Source of the DNA: the human T2T-CHM13v2.0 reference genome, Homo sapiens
Length of the DNA: 64,000 nucleotides
Strand: one strand, 5' to 3'
Assembly (NCBI RefSeq): GCF_009914755.1
Contig: NC_060931.1
Part shown: piece after piece, positions 40,508 to 54,000 of the stretch
Layout: the number at the start of each line of letters is the position of its first letter
How positions within the stretch are numbered: the first letter of the stretch is position 1
The notes under the pieces: model-generated
Told to the model about the DNA's origin: nothing
Databases searched by the model: none
What the model saw: the letters and a program-made list of their open reading frames with translations, nothing else
Position numbers and translations under genes: made by a program

Positions 40508-42201
40508 CTAGTCTTCATATTCTTCAGTCTCCACCAGCCCAATAAAGTCAGTGTCTGACTCCCTCAGGGTGCAGCAAGACTTTGACTGGTGGCCTTTTCA
40601 TTTCACAGCCCTGGCCATTTTCTTCACTGCTCTGTGGACACTAGTTTTTCCAGTGTCCCTTCTTTTTGCCTTGTGCACGTTGATCCCTACCTAGCCTTGA
40701 GTGACTTTCAGGTCTCTGTCCAACCTGGCCCTTTCTGCATCGGCATCTGCATCTGCATCCCTTGTGATGCTAGTTTCCCTTTCTGTGAGGGCTGCCACTA
40801 GCAGATCAGCCTTTTTCCTGAGCCTCCGCTCAGCCTCCCTTTTAGCCTCCTGGTTGTGGTTAACGTACACCTTGGAGGCCACTTCTAAAAGCTGGGTGGC
40901 AATCATACCTGCAAAATCCTCTAGCTTTTGCAGCTTCCACCTGATGTCCCCCTGGGCTTGTCCTACAAATGCCATATTCACCATGCACTGATTTTCAGCG
41001 GCCTAAGGCTCAAACGGAGTGTAAGGTTGGAACGCCTCAGAGTCTCTCATAAAACTGGCTAGGGCTCACATAGATTCCCTGAAGCACTTCTGAGATCTTT
41101 CCTATATTGATTGACTTTTTTCCACCTTCCCTCAGCCCTTGCAGCAGTGCTTCTCAGTACCTCTGCAGGTGCTGAAACTGGGTTGCATTATTCGGGTCCC
41201 AGTGAGGATCTGTTTCTGGGAACTGACCTTGAGCATATGTCTGGACATTAAATGTGCCTTCTGGTGCATTGGTTTCTAGCCAGCGGAGGTAACCCACTGG
41301 TTTCTGCCTGGGTAACCCTTTGGTGCTCCTCAGTATTAAACAGTGTCAGGAGGAGCTGCTTGCAACCTGGCCAAGTTGGATTGTGTGTCAGGAAGATGGA
41401 CTGCATTAGATCTATGAGGGCCTGGGGCTTCTCCATGTAGGAGGGAATATAATGTTTCCAGTTTAGGAGATCAGTGGTCAGAAAAGGCTGGTAGAAGAAG
41501 GTCCATTGCCCCCCTTGGACTTGACCCTGTTCATCATAATACATGGGTCCCTGCACCTCCCTGAGAGGCATTTGCATAGCCTGGGCATGACCAGTTTAGA
41601 GGCAGCCCGCTTGATCATCTTGACTTTCCCTCTTAACCTCTTGGGGCTCCAATCTTTCCTTTTGGGGTGGGACTCAGGGCATGTCACCATCTGAATCTGA
41701 CTCCTTGGGGGCCATTGGCCTCAGTAAAGGGGGGTAGATTGAGATATATGGAGGAAGAATTTCTATCTCTTCTGGCAGTTCCTGCAAAAGTGGTTTTTCC
41801 TGTGGCTTTCCCTTTGTTTTGGTGGCTGACAGCGAAGCTGATTTTTCTTTCACTGTAGGCTCAGCTCAGGACATGAGTGTTTTGCAATAAGCTGCTAAGC
41901 AGGGCTACAGCCACACAGGCTGAGTTTGGACTATATTTAGCCATGAGTCAATATAAGGAAATTGGTCTGGGTGCTCTGGCTGTACCCCGACCCAAGTCAC
42001 CACCTTAAATACATGATCAATTGTTTCCCTATCTATTGTTCCTTTGGCCGGCCATTCAATACGAAAAGAGGGCCATTCTATTTCACAGAGAGTTCTCAAC
42101 CTCTGGGGGATCAACTTGATCCCATAATCCCGCCTTTAACCTTTCATAAAGTTCTTTAACATACATTCTAATGGGATGGGTTTTGATGACTTCCCTCCCA
42201 T
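40508..42201 (-). pseudogene. gag: Retroviral gag, decayed
   Basis: Starts MGGKSSKP (myristoylation-type). Contains LRTLCEIEWPSF..PDQFPYIDSW, YQPFLTTDLLNWK..THNPTW, DIRWKLQKLE and a degenerate zinc knuckle (..KKKGHWKN*C). Amber stop before pro. Confidence 0.9.
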
Positions 42202-43123
42202 GTCCTCCCTGTTACAGCACAACACATTCACTCTCACTTTTGCTTCAGACCAATTAGTCCACCTCCTCCGCGGGAGTTTTCAGACACCACTTAGCTTTAA
42301 TGGAGGGTTTGCATGAGCCCCAAACCCGGGCCACCACGATCACTAAATTGTGAGGTGCCTCCCTAAGCCATATGCAGTAGCCCTGGAAGGCATTCGCCAT
42401 TAGTCCCGGTTGATCCCACACTTCGCTCGGAGTGTATGGTATACGCTAAGAGGCCTGTGGCCCCCACACTTCACTCCCTGCTTTGGTTCCTTCTGGAACT
42501 GCCTCTTTCACATGCATTCACACACTTCTCCACTCCCAGTTCCCCTTTCTAGGCTGGGGTGTCAGTTTCATAGAGCAATAAATGGTTAAAAATAAAGTGG
42601 TTAAGATTTGTTCAAGCACCTAATTCACAAAAACAATTTTCTAGTCTCTTTGTACAACTAGCTTATATTTGTTATGTGTATGAAAATGTCCTTGCTTGTG
42701 AGTCAAGTGTGGAATCCTAGGGAAAGTTATGATTGCAAATGAAGCATTGAAGTTCTATAGCAGTCATTGGATTTGTCTTTTACTTCTCTCCAGGACTTTC
42801 CTGACACCTGGAAATGTATTATTTTCCACAACAAAGTCTGGGAAATTTATATTTTGTCATTGAAAATAGAATACCAAGATTAGTTAAGTAATAGTCCAAG
42901 AGAAGATATTGAAAGCAGATATTACTATTAATAGATCAAAGCCACATCCAATGCAAGAGATATAGACTGAATCATAAGTATATTGTCATGATACTATGGG
43001 ATATAAAATAAAAATTTCCTCCTCTTCAAAGATCCTGGTGTATTTGGATAAACTAAGCCCTAATTACTGTACTTTAAATCATTTAAAATAATCTGACAAT
43101 AATATTGTACTATACAAAGATAC

Positions 43124-43705
43124 ATTTATTCAGTATTACTTAATGGGATATTTATTGAGTGTTATTGTGTGCTTTAGGCATTGGATGTACAAAATGAACA
43201 AAATAGACAAGATTCTGATCTAATGGAGTTTACATTCAATTGCACAAAAGAGATAATGAGTAAATCAAACAAATAAATGCATAACAAAATGGCAAGTAAT
43301 GACATATGCTATGAAGAAAAATTGAGTAAGATAAGGAGAGAGAGCCACCATAACTACCGTTTAAGATAGAGGAGCTAGAAGGTGACATTTAAACAAAAAT
43401 TTGAACAAAATTTGAGAACAAACCATAGAAATGTCTGGATGAAGAACACACAAGTGAAGGAAACATTAAGAGCAAAGTTCTTGAAATGAATTAATAATTG
43501 TCATATTTGATAAAGAGCAAGAAGTCCATTGTATTCTAAGCCTGGCACAGAAGCAGGGACTGATTTCAGAGAAATAATCAGGATTGAAATCATGTAGATT
43601 CATTCAAGCTAAGGTGAAGGGTTGGAACATTATTCCAAATGTCATTAAAAGCCTTGGGGGATTTGGGATATAAGAATGTGATGAGATGGTCATCACATTA
43701 CATCA
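43124..43705 (-). mobile_element. L2 LINE 3' relic; resumes about 45415-45495 after an L1 insertion
   Basis: TATTTATTGAGTG..TGTG..AGGCATTGGA..AATGAACAAAATAGACAAG..ATGGAGTTTACATTC is a reverse L2 3' end. GAGACCAG..GGTGAGAGATGATG follows the L1. Confidence 0.7.
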
Positions 43706-43789
43706 GAAATGGTCAATGTAAATTCTCTATAAAGAATAAACTGCAGCATGCTACTCATAAAATGAATGTGAAAGTGTCCTATTCACCTA

Positions 43790-44677
43790 ATTTTGGGGGG
43801 AAGAAATTAAGAAGGATTGGCATTACTTCTTTAAATGTTCATCACCAGTGAAGGCAACTGGCCCTGGACTTTCCTTTGTTGGGAGGTTTTCAATTACTCA
43901 TTTAATATTCTTGCTAGTTATGGGTACAGTCAGATTTTCTATTTCTTTATAATTTCATCTTGGAAGGTTGTGTGTTTCTAAGAAGTTATTTCATCTAGAT
44001 TATCTAATTTTTTGCCATATAATTGTTCATAGTAGCCTTGTAGGATTCTTTTTCAATTCTGTGGATGAGTGGCAATGTTTTCTCTTTCACTTCCTATTTT
44101 ATTTATTCGAGTTTTCTCTTTTTTACTTAATCTAGCTCATTACTTATCAATTTATTATATTTCAATTTTATATTTTGTTTCTTTGATTATTTTCTATTTT
44201 TTATTCTTCATTTTGTTTATTTCTGTCCTAATCAAACTTAAAAAAAAACCTCTGCATAGAAAAGAAACAATTATGGAATGAAAAGACAACCTACAAAATT
44301 GGAGAAAATATTTGCAAACCATATATTTGATAAGGAATTAATCTCCAAAATAAAGAAGAAACTCCTACAACTCAAATAACAAAAATAATAAATAAAGAAG
44401 TAAATAGAAACAGTCAATGAAACAAATAACCTAATTTTAAAACGGCAAAGAACTTGAAGAGACATTTTTTACAAAGATAATATACAAATAGCCAACGAGT
44501 ACATAAAAAGATACTCAACATCACTAATCACTAGGAAAATGCAAACCAAAACCACAATGAGATATCACCTTACACCTGTTAAGATGACTATTTTATATAT
44601 ATATTATATAAATGTATAAAATACAAGCTATATATTTAATAAGCTATATATATATTATAAGAGCTATGTATATTATA

Positions 44678-44718
<41 letters not shown>

Positions 44719-45410
44719 ACATGCCTGTATGAGTATACAGGATAACAACTGCTGGTGACGATGTGGTAAAATTGGAACCCTTACAAACTGTGAGTGGGAA
44801 TACAAAATGATGCTACTGCTGTGCAAAACTTATGGAGACACTAAGGAGTTTCCTAGCAACACCATATGATCCAGTGGCACATATCTAAAAGGATTAAAAC
44901 CAATGTCTCAATGAGGTACCTGCACTCTGGTGTTCATTATAGCACTATTCACTATAGTCAAGATCTAATTGTCCATCAACAGGTGAATAGGTACAAACAA
45001 TATGGCACATTCATACAATGGAATATTAATCAGTCTTTAAAAAAAGGAAATCTTGCCATGTGTAACATGGATGAACCTGGAGAACCTTATACTACATGAA
45101 ATAGCCGTTCAAAGGACAAACAGTGCATGATATTACTTATGTGAGGTGTATAAAATAGTCAAACACTCAGAAGAGGGTAGAATGGTGGTTACCAGGGACT
45201 TGGGGAAAGAAGAACTGTGGAGTTACTATTTGGTGAGTATAAAGTGTCAGTTATCCAAGATTATTAAATTCTGGAGATTTTCTGTAAAACATTGTACCTA
45301 TAATTACAGTAACAGATTGTACATTTAAAAATGTGTTAAGGGGTAGATATCATGTTCTGTTCTTTCCTTGATACAAAATAAAAGTAATAAAACTTTTTTA
45401 AAATAATAAA
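43790..45410. mobile_element. L1MB-type element: minus-strand ORF2 piece (about 43790-44232) joined to a plus-strand 3' portion (about 44233-45410), with a (TG)n at 44680-44717
   Basis: Reverse L1 CACCAGTGAAG..CTGGCCCTGGACTTT.CTTTGTTGGGAGG, then forward AAAAGACAACCTACA.AAT.GGAGAAAATATTTGCAAACC through an L1MB-like 3' end. Confidence 0.75.
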
Positions 45411-45572
45411 TACTAAGGGAGGGAGATTTTTTCAGAGAGACCAGATAGAGTCTGATTATAGTAGTTTAGGTGAGAGATGATGATATTATGCCTTAGAATT
45501 TGTAACCTATCATTTCAGTAATCATTTTGTGTGTTACTTGTATGCTTGTTTTCTAAATCAAAATTTTATTCC

Positions 45573-45954
45573 TGATATGGTGTGGCTTTGTGTCCCCACC
45601 CAAATCTCTTGTTGAATTGTAATTCCCAATGTTGGGGGAGGGACCTAGTAGGAGGTGATTGGATCATGAGGGCAAATTTCCCCCCTGCTCTTCTGAAGAT
45701 AGTGAGTGGGTTCTCACGAGATCTGGTTGTTTAAAAGTGTGTAACACTTCCCCCTTCCCTGTATCTCTCCTGCTGTACTGTGTTAAGACATGATTGCTTC
45801 CCCTTCACTTTCCACCATGATCATAAGTTTCCTGAGGCCTCCCAGCCATGCCTCCTGTACAGCCTGTGGAACTGTGAGTCAATTAAACCTCTTTTCTTCA
45901 GAATTACCCAGTCTCAGGTAGTTCTTTATAGTGGTATGAGAACAGACTAATACA
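45573..45954 (+). mobile_element. MaLR solo LTR (MSTA/THE1D-like)
   Basis: TGATATGG..TGTGTCCCCACCCAAATCTC...CAGACTAATACA with a perfect ATTCC TSD. Confidence 0.92.
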
Positions 45955-48013
45955 ATTCCTTTCTATAATTCTCAAATAAGCATATGGCCTTATGACTTAG
46001 AAGAAAGAAGACCAATTGATACATTGGGTCTGAAAAACATATATAACTTAAATGCTATTTGACACTGGCTAAAAGTCTCTGATGTTTTCTTTTATTACTT
46101 GCCAAAACATTCCCCAATCACTCTTTTGCATTTGCTTCATACAATTCAGCATCATCTTCTGTCATCTCTGACCAGCTGCTCTGATTGTGAAACTTCAAAT
46201 AGTTTCTCTAATCACCAGCCTCCCATGACTGTGTTTTAAGTTCTGAAAACAACCTGGGATAAATTTAGAAATCAAGAACAAAGCACATATGAGACTCTAG
46301 ATTTAACAGCTTGTGCCTTTTAATGGCATCTGTTATCATGTCTTTGAAAAGCTATTTATCACCCCAACTCCCTACTGTACTATTTGAAATGGGTGGCTTT
46401 TTTATCTTCCTCACCCAAACATTTTATGTAAGCAAGATCACTAGGATGAGAATAGGAATATCCATTTTAAAAAGAACTGATTTCTGTGTGCTTTGGAAAA
46501 ACTTAATGTGAATCTTGTATCACATATACAAATAAAATTAAATATAAAAATTTCCACAATATTTCAAAGTACCTATAGCCAGTATTATCAGCTTGACATC
46601 TAATTGGATATTCCCTCAGTTTCACACAGACATGGAAAACGTGATATAATCAAACAGAGTGGAAGGTAAGAATATAATGGTTGATATTAATGTTTCATTT
46701 TATGCCATTGAGCAAGTCCATCATCCTCATGGGCTACGATTACCTCACTTGAGAAATTAAAAGTTTTATTCAAATATACTTAAGTTCACTTTGGGGTCTG
46801 AGATGTTAGTATTTTTTAGAAATAAAAATCTTCCATGTTTAGTTCTCAAACAAAATTGTAATGTGAATCACTAAGAAATAGGACAGGTTTGATCTTTCAC
46901 TCTACTTGTTCTATGCATTCTATTACCAACATAGACTTTTAGTTGAGTGCATATTAAATTAGTGATGCACAATACAAAGTAATTTAGCTTATAGTAAATT
47001 TTAATAGTTGTACAATTGAATTTTTTATTCTAGTTTTAGAAAAATAGAAGTGTTTGTACACATTTCAAGAACATCAGTAAGTCTGGTAAGATTTTCTTTA
47101 AGATATCTGTTAGGTTTGGGGTGTTTTTATTATCTTCCACTTGCATTAATTCATAATACAAGTTTTTCTCTCTCTTCCTTTCAGCATCTCACCAGTTTCT
47201 TTCTATAAGTAGTGTTAAAGTTTGTTCGGCAGCAGCAGATTATAAAACAAACTAATCTCATGAGCAGGAGAAAATCACTGGGCTCAAAATCTTGCCTGTC
47301 TGGAGACAGTCAGACTTTCCATCAGGGACCTGCCATCTCTAGCTCCACAAATCTACTCCTACAGGCTCTTTGTCTGAAATGAACAAGGTAACTCCATGAA
47401 ACATAACATGCTTAGATGTTCTGTTACTTACTATTTCCCTTTATTATTCAGTTTGCAGAAACTCTGTAGACTATATCTCTTGAAGCCATGAATAAACCCC
47501 ATCGCTATTCATGGAAAAATAATACATGACATTTTTATTTTACAGACAATTTCCCATCTACAGAAATTTAATACTTAAATTCATGATAAATGTGTAGAGT
47601 CAGATAGAGTGTAACGATGCCAGTATGTGTCAATTTGCTACTTTAATGTGTTCCGTCATTTTCATCTCTCCTGTTTTCTGAGTGATAGTAATTGATGCTG
47701 CAAAAGGACAAACCAATGTATTGTGTTCCTCTCTTCAGGAAGCAAAAGTAGCATCTTCCTGCATTGAAATGAAAGCCAAAAAGGGCATGAGCCAAAGGAG
47801 AGAACTAATTTAGTTATATAATTTTAGAAATAAGATGTGAGCTCAGTTTGTTCAAGGTAGGGCCAAGGCATCTGTTAGTCATAGTCATACACATGTGCAG
47901 GTCAAGATTCACTTTCTAAAGCCTCACTATACCCCAGTAAAAAATAGAAGATCAATATAAACAGCCATAAATTTTAGATAGTTTTATCAGTTTCCAAAGA
48001 TAAGCATCAATCA

Positions 48014-51000
48014 GAAGAGTAACATCAGCAAAATGGCTGACCAACAGACCCTTGACCTTGTCCCCCTCACAAAGTCAACCAGAGCAATGACTAAACAAAT
48101 ACATATTAATGAAAATAACTGAGAGAGAGGGCCGGAGTGCATAAGAGGAGTAACAGAAACCCTGTTGAGCACAGAAATCCAGGATAGCCACATAAAGAAT
48201 AGAAAAAAATCCCAGGCTTCCACCATCCCATCCCCCAATTGAGATTAGCTGGGAGCCAGGAGGAAATTTTCCCCACAGCATGGAGGTAAGAAAGAAGATC
48301 GCAACAACTCTTTTCAACACCTTAGACATTGATAAGGTTTGGCTCTGTGTCTCCACCCAAATCTCATCTTGTAACTCCCATCATTCCCACATATTGTGGA
48401 AGGGACCCAGTGAGAAATGACTAAATTATGAGGATGTGTCTTTCCCATGCTGTTCTCATGATAGTGAATGGGTCTCACAAGATCTGATGGTTTAAAAAAT
48501 GGGTGTTGTGCTGCACAAGATCTCTTTGCCTGCTGCCATCCATGTAAGATGTGACTTGCTCCTCCTTGCCTTCTGCCATGGTTGTGAGGCCTCCCCAGCC
48601 ATGTGGAACTGTAAGCCCAATAAACCTTTTTCTTTTGTAAATTGCCCAGTCTTGGGTATGTCTTTATCAGCAGCATGAAAACAGACAAATACAGTAAACT
48701 GGTACCAGTAGAGTGGGGTGCTGCTGAAAAGATACCTGAAAATATGGCAGTGACTTTGGTACTGGGTAACAAGCAGAGATTGGAACAGTTTAGAGGGCTC
48801 AGAAGAAGACGGGAAAATGTGGGAAAGTTTAGAACTCCCTAGAGACTTGTTGAATCACTTTGACCAAAATGCTAATAATGATATGGACAATGAAATCCAG
48901 GCTGAGGTGGCCTCAGATGGAGATGAGGAAATTGTTGGAAACTGGAGCAGAGGTGACTATTATGTTTTAGCAAAGACACTGGCAGCATTTTGCCCCTGCT
49001 CTAGAGATTTGTGGAACTTTGAACTTGAGAGAGATTGTTAGGATATCTGGCAGAAGAAATTTCTAAGCAGCAAAGTATTCAAGAGGTGACTGGGTGCTGT
49101 TAAAGGTGTTCAGGTTTTTAAGGGAAGCAGAGCATAAAAGTTCAGAAAATTTGCAGCCTGACAATGTGATAGAAAAGAAAATCTCGTATTCTGAGGAGAA
49201 ATTCAAGCCAGCAGCAGAAATTTTCATAAGTAATGAGGAGCTGAATGTTAATCTCCAAGAAAATGGAAAAAAATGTCTCGAGGGTATGTTGGAGATCTTC
49301 ACATCAGGCCCTCCCTTCACAAGCCTAGAGGCCTAGGAGGCCTAGGAGGAAAAGTGGTTTTGTGGCTGGGCCCAGAGTCCCCATGCTATGTCCAGCCTAG
49401 GGACTTGGTGTTCTGTGCCCCAGCTAAAATGGGCCAATGTAGTGCTCGCGCCATGGCTTCAGAGGGTGCGAGCCCCAAACTTTGGCAGCTTTCATGTGGT
49501 GTTGAGCCTGCAGGTGCACAAAAGTCCAAAATTGGGTTTGGGAACCTCCATCTAGATTTCAGAGAATGTATGGAAATGCCTGGATGTCCAGGCAGAAGTT
49601 TACTGCAGGGGTGGGGCTCTCATGAAGAACATCTATTAGAACAGTGCAGAAGGGAAATGTGGGGTTGGAGCTCCCACACAGAGTCCCTGCTGGGGCACCA
49701 CCTAGTGGAGCTGTGAGAAGAAGGCCACCATCCTCCAGATCCCAGAGTGGTAGATTCACTGACAGCTTGAACTGTGCACCTAGAAAAGCTGCAGACATGT
49801 AATGCCAGCCCATGAAAGCAGCCAGGAATTCAGCTGTACCCTGCAAAGCCACAGGAGCAGAGCTGTCCAAGACCACAAGAACTCACTACTTCCATTGACA
49901 TGAACTGGATATGAGACATGGAGTGAAAAGAGATAATTTTGGAGTTTTAAGGTTTGACTGCCCCATTGGATTTTGTACTTGCATGGGGCCTGTAGCCCCT
50001 TTCTTTTGGCCAGTTGCTCCCATTTGGAATGGCTGTATTTACCCAAAGCCTGTACCCTCATTGTATCTAGGAAGTAACTAAATTGCTTTAGTTTACAGGC
50101 TCATAGGCAGGGGGGACTTGCCTTGTCTCAGATGAGACTTTGGACTGTAGACTTTTGAGTTAATGCTGAAGTGAGTTCAGACTTTGGAGGACTGTTGGGA
50201 AGACATGATTGGTTTTGAAATGTGAAGATATGAGATTTGGGAGGGGCCGGGGTGGAATGATATGTTTTGGCTCTGTGTCCCCACCCTAATCTCATCTTGT
50301 AGCTCCCATAATTCCCACCCATTTTGGGAGGGACTCAGTGGGAGATGATTGAATTATGGGGGCGGGTCTTCCCAGTGCTGTTCTCATGATAGTGAATGGG
50401 TCTCACAAGATCTGACGGTTTTAAAAATGGGAGTTGCCCTGCACAAGCTCTTTGCCTGCTGCCATCCATGTAAGATGTGACCTGCTCCTCCTTGCCTTCT
50501 GCCATGATTGTGAGGCCTCCCCAGCCATGTGGATTTGTAAGTTCAATAAACCTCTTTCATTTATAAATTGCCTAGTTTCAGATATGTCTTTATTAGCATA
50601 TTGGTCCATGAAAAAGAACCAATACAGACATGTACAGATCTCACCTCACCACTGGGGTCCCATATAGTTCTTACAGTCACTAAGCCCAGCTAAGGGAGCT
50701 ACCCAGAATTAAGGTAGCTGTGCTCTTCCAGAGAAGGAGCTTACACTGTTCCCCACCCCAGTGGCCACATGACTGCTGTCCTATATCATCTTGGAATTAG
50801 AACTACCAGAGTGTGTCTTACACTGGGGGCAAGCAGTCATTGCTGCCCTTCATTAATGAGACTAAGTTGCCAGTGGGCCACACCGGTCTGGTGGGCTAAC
50901 ATCCCAAAGCCAAGCTGCAAGCAGATGTTATATCCTTCCTTGTGGAACCAAATTGAAGTAGAACCACTCCAACCACTTATCCCCTTGTTCCCTGTGCCTA

Positions 51001-54000
51001 CAGCTGAAGTGGTACCATCTCTCCTAAGAAATATTACCTTAGCTGTCAGAGCAGTTATGTCTCCAAGGTGCCTGTGTTGAAGCAGGGCCCTATATGCCGG
51101 AAAATGTTCCTTTGGCTGCCAAGAGCAATCACATGCCCCAGAACCTAAGGAGAAGAGCCACCTGGATCTCAGGAAAATGGTATTTGCACTGTGCATAAAT
51201 ATGTCTATCCAGCTCACAGACATGAGCTTAAGCTCATTGCCCTCTGAAGAAGTGGAACTCTGGCTGAGCTGAGAAGCTAAACATCCCAGAGCTAAGCTGA
51301 TGTAGTACCCCATGTCCCATAAAAATAGAGCAGTGGCTCAGCTGCCACATTTCATCATACAGGCGAAACATCTCTAGTACCCTGCTTGCCTGGAGCTGGA
51401 CTAGCCCCCTTAAGCATGAGCTGCTAAGATACCTCCCTCCCTGTGGAATGGAGCCATCACTGAGCTATTCTCTACCTTGCTGCAGGGTCCAAATGATGGC
51501 TGTACTCTGCCATTCTGTGTTTCTTGCTGCTGCTGCAACTGGCCTCACAGACTCTGGGATACCATTGAATTCTACCATCCCAGAGTATACAGTCAATACT
51601 ACACAGTGCTTCATTCCCTGAGATCCAACTTGCTACTGTACCCTATTAAAATGGGTTTTCTGAGCCCTGTTTAGTCAGATTTAACCCCTTGGGTAGAATC
51701 ACAGCTAGAACCTGACACCCTGAGTCGAAACTGCTAATTGGTGCCTCAGAGTCACAGATTCTGGCTCTGTGGTCAATCTACACCCTACCAAGCCACAGAG
51801 AGTGAATCATCAGCCAAAGACCAAGGTGCCACAATAGGTTTGCAAGCCCCTTAGCCTATGACTGTGGCCCCACAGCCACTCCAAGCACCTGTGCCTGGAA
51901 CCCAGTGCTACTGCAGCTGCTTACAGGCTATGTCAGACTTGAGAAGGATACTCTCAATTTGAAAAGTGGAAATAGAAGGACACAAAAAACCCTTGACACT
52001 GAGGACATTAACAACTTATACCGCCACTGATGCTCCCACAAACTTCCACAGCATAGGCCACTGAGGCACCTGAAGTCATTGGTGAGATTGAATGCAGCTG
52101 CAAAAGCTGCACAGAGACCACACTACTGCACCTATCCAGAAATGCTTATCATACCCTTCACAAGCAGCATACTAAAACCCAAATGCAAATGAAAGTCTTT
52201 CTCTACAAAGAACACTCAAGAAAGTTTTGAAGCCATAATTGCTCTACCAGATGCACAGACATTGACAAAGAAACATGAGAAAAATAAAAAATAAAGGAAA
52301 TGTGGTGCCATCAAAGGAATAAAATAACTCCTTAGTAACAGATCCCAATGAAAATAGAATCAATGAACTTTCAGAAAATAAATTAAAATAATTGTCTTAA
52401 TGCAACTTTGTGAGGTTCAATAACAATACAGATGGACAAGTCAATGAAATTCAGGAAAGAAAAACTATGATATGAACACAAATTCAAAAAAACTATAAAT
52501 TATTTAAAAAATAAATGGAAATCTTGCAGCTGAAGAATTCAATGAATGAAATAGAAAAATACAGTAGGCAGCTACAATAGCAGACTTGACCAAGCAGAAG
52601 AAAGGCTCTCCGAATTTGATGATCAGTAATTTGAAATTACTCAAAGAAAAAAATGTAAGAATAAAAAAGAGTGAGGAAAACCTACAGGTCTTACAGGAAA
52701 CCGTTAAAAGAACAAATGTTCATTTGATGAGAGCTAGACAAAGAGAAGGAATGAACGAGGCATTGCAAATCTGCTTAGTAAAATAATAGCTGAAAATGTC
52801 CCAAGTCTAGAGTGAGATATGAGCATCCAGGTACAGAAAGTTTATAAGACCCCATAAAGGTCCTCTCTAAAACATGTTATAGTCAAATGTCAAAAGTAAA
52901 AGCCAAAAAAAATTATAAAAATAGCAAGAGTATCAAGGCACATAAAAGGGAATCTCTATTAGACTAACAGCAGGTTTTCTGCAGAAACGTTGCAAAGGAA
53001 GAGAATGGAATGATATATTCAAAGCACTGGGGAAAAAAAACTTGCCAGCCAAGAGTCCTAGCAAAGCTATTCTTCAGAAATGAGAGAGAAATAAAGTTTT
53101 TCCTATACAAGCAAAACCTGAGGGAATTCATCATTACAATGCTGATCTTACAAAATAATGCTCAAGGGACTCCTGTATCTAGAAGTGAAAGATGATAATC
53201 ATTATCATGAAAACACACAAAATTATGAAATTCACTAATATAGCAAATTCAAAAAGAAGAAAGAGAAAAGAATTCTAAATTATCACTATAGAAAACCACC
53301 AAATTGCAGTGATAAACAGTAAGAGGAAGAAAGAAACACAAAATATAAAAAAATGACCAGAGTACAATGAACAAAATTACAGGACTAAGTCCTTACCTAT
53401 CAATAATAACCTTGAATTAAATGTATTAAATTCAGCACTTATAATACATAGACTTGAAGAATGGAAAAAAAACACTCAATTATATGCTGCCTACAAGAAA
53501 CTCACTTTTCCTGTGAAGTTATATAGACTGAATATGAAGAAATAGAAAATGTACTCCATGCAAATGGAAACCAAAAGCCAACAAGTGAGGCTACATTTAT
53601 ATCCGATAAAACAATCTTTAAGTCAAAATCTGTAAAGAGAGACAAATAAGGTCCTTATATAATGATAAAGGTATTAATTCAGTAAGAGTATATAACATGT
53701 CTAAATATATATGCATCCAATAACAGAGCACACAGATATATAAAGCAAATATTACCTCTAAAGGGAGAGATAGACTCCAATATAGTAATAGTTTGGGATG
53801 TCAACATTTCACTTTCAGCACTGGACATATCATTCAGACAGATGATCAACAAAAAAACATTAGATTTAAACTACACTTTAGACTAAATGGACCTAATAGA
53901 CATTACAGGACATTTCACCCAACAACTGCAAAATATATAAGCTTCTCATCAGCATATTCACCAGGACAGACCACATGTTAAGCCACAAAACAAGTCTCAA

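Larger units (their letters stand above)
34190..42565 (-). mobile_element. Class I endogenous retrovirus, ERV3(HERV-R)/HERV1-like; 5' LTR and PBS absent
   Basis: Colinear leader-gag-pro-pol-env-PPT-LTR on the minus strand. The Env remnant closely resembles recalled ERV3-1 Env. Confidence 0.93.

Noticed and set aside
40737-40760. (GCATCT)n giving DADADA / SASASA peptides
   Set aside because: A short hexamer repeat in gag, probably a CpG-decayed RGRGRG stretch read out of frame.
50837-51313. 158-aa minus-strand ORF in GC-richer sequence
   Set aside because: It is antisense to the L1MA 5' UTR, with no recognisable domain or gene structure.
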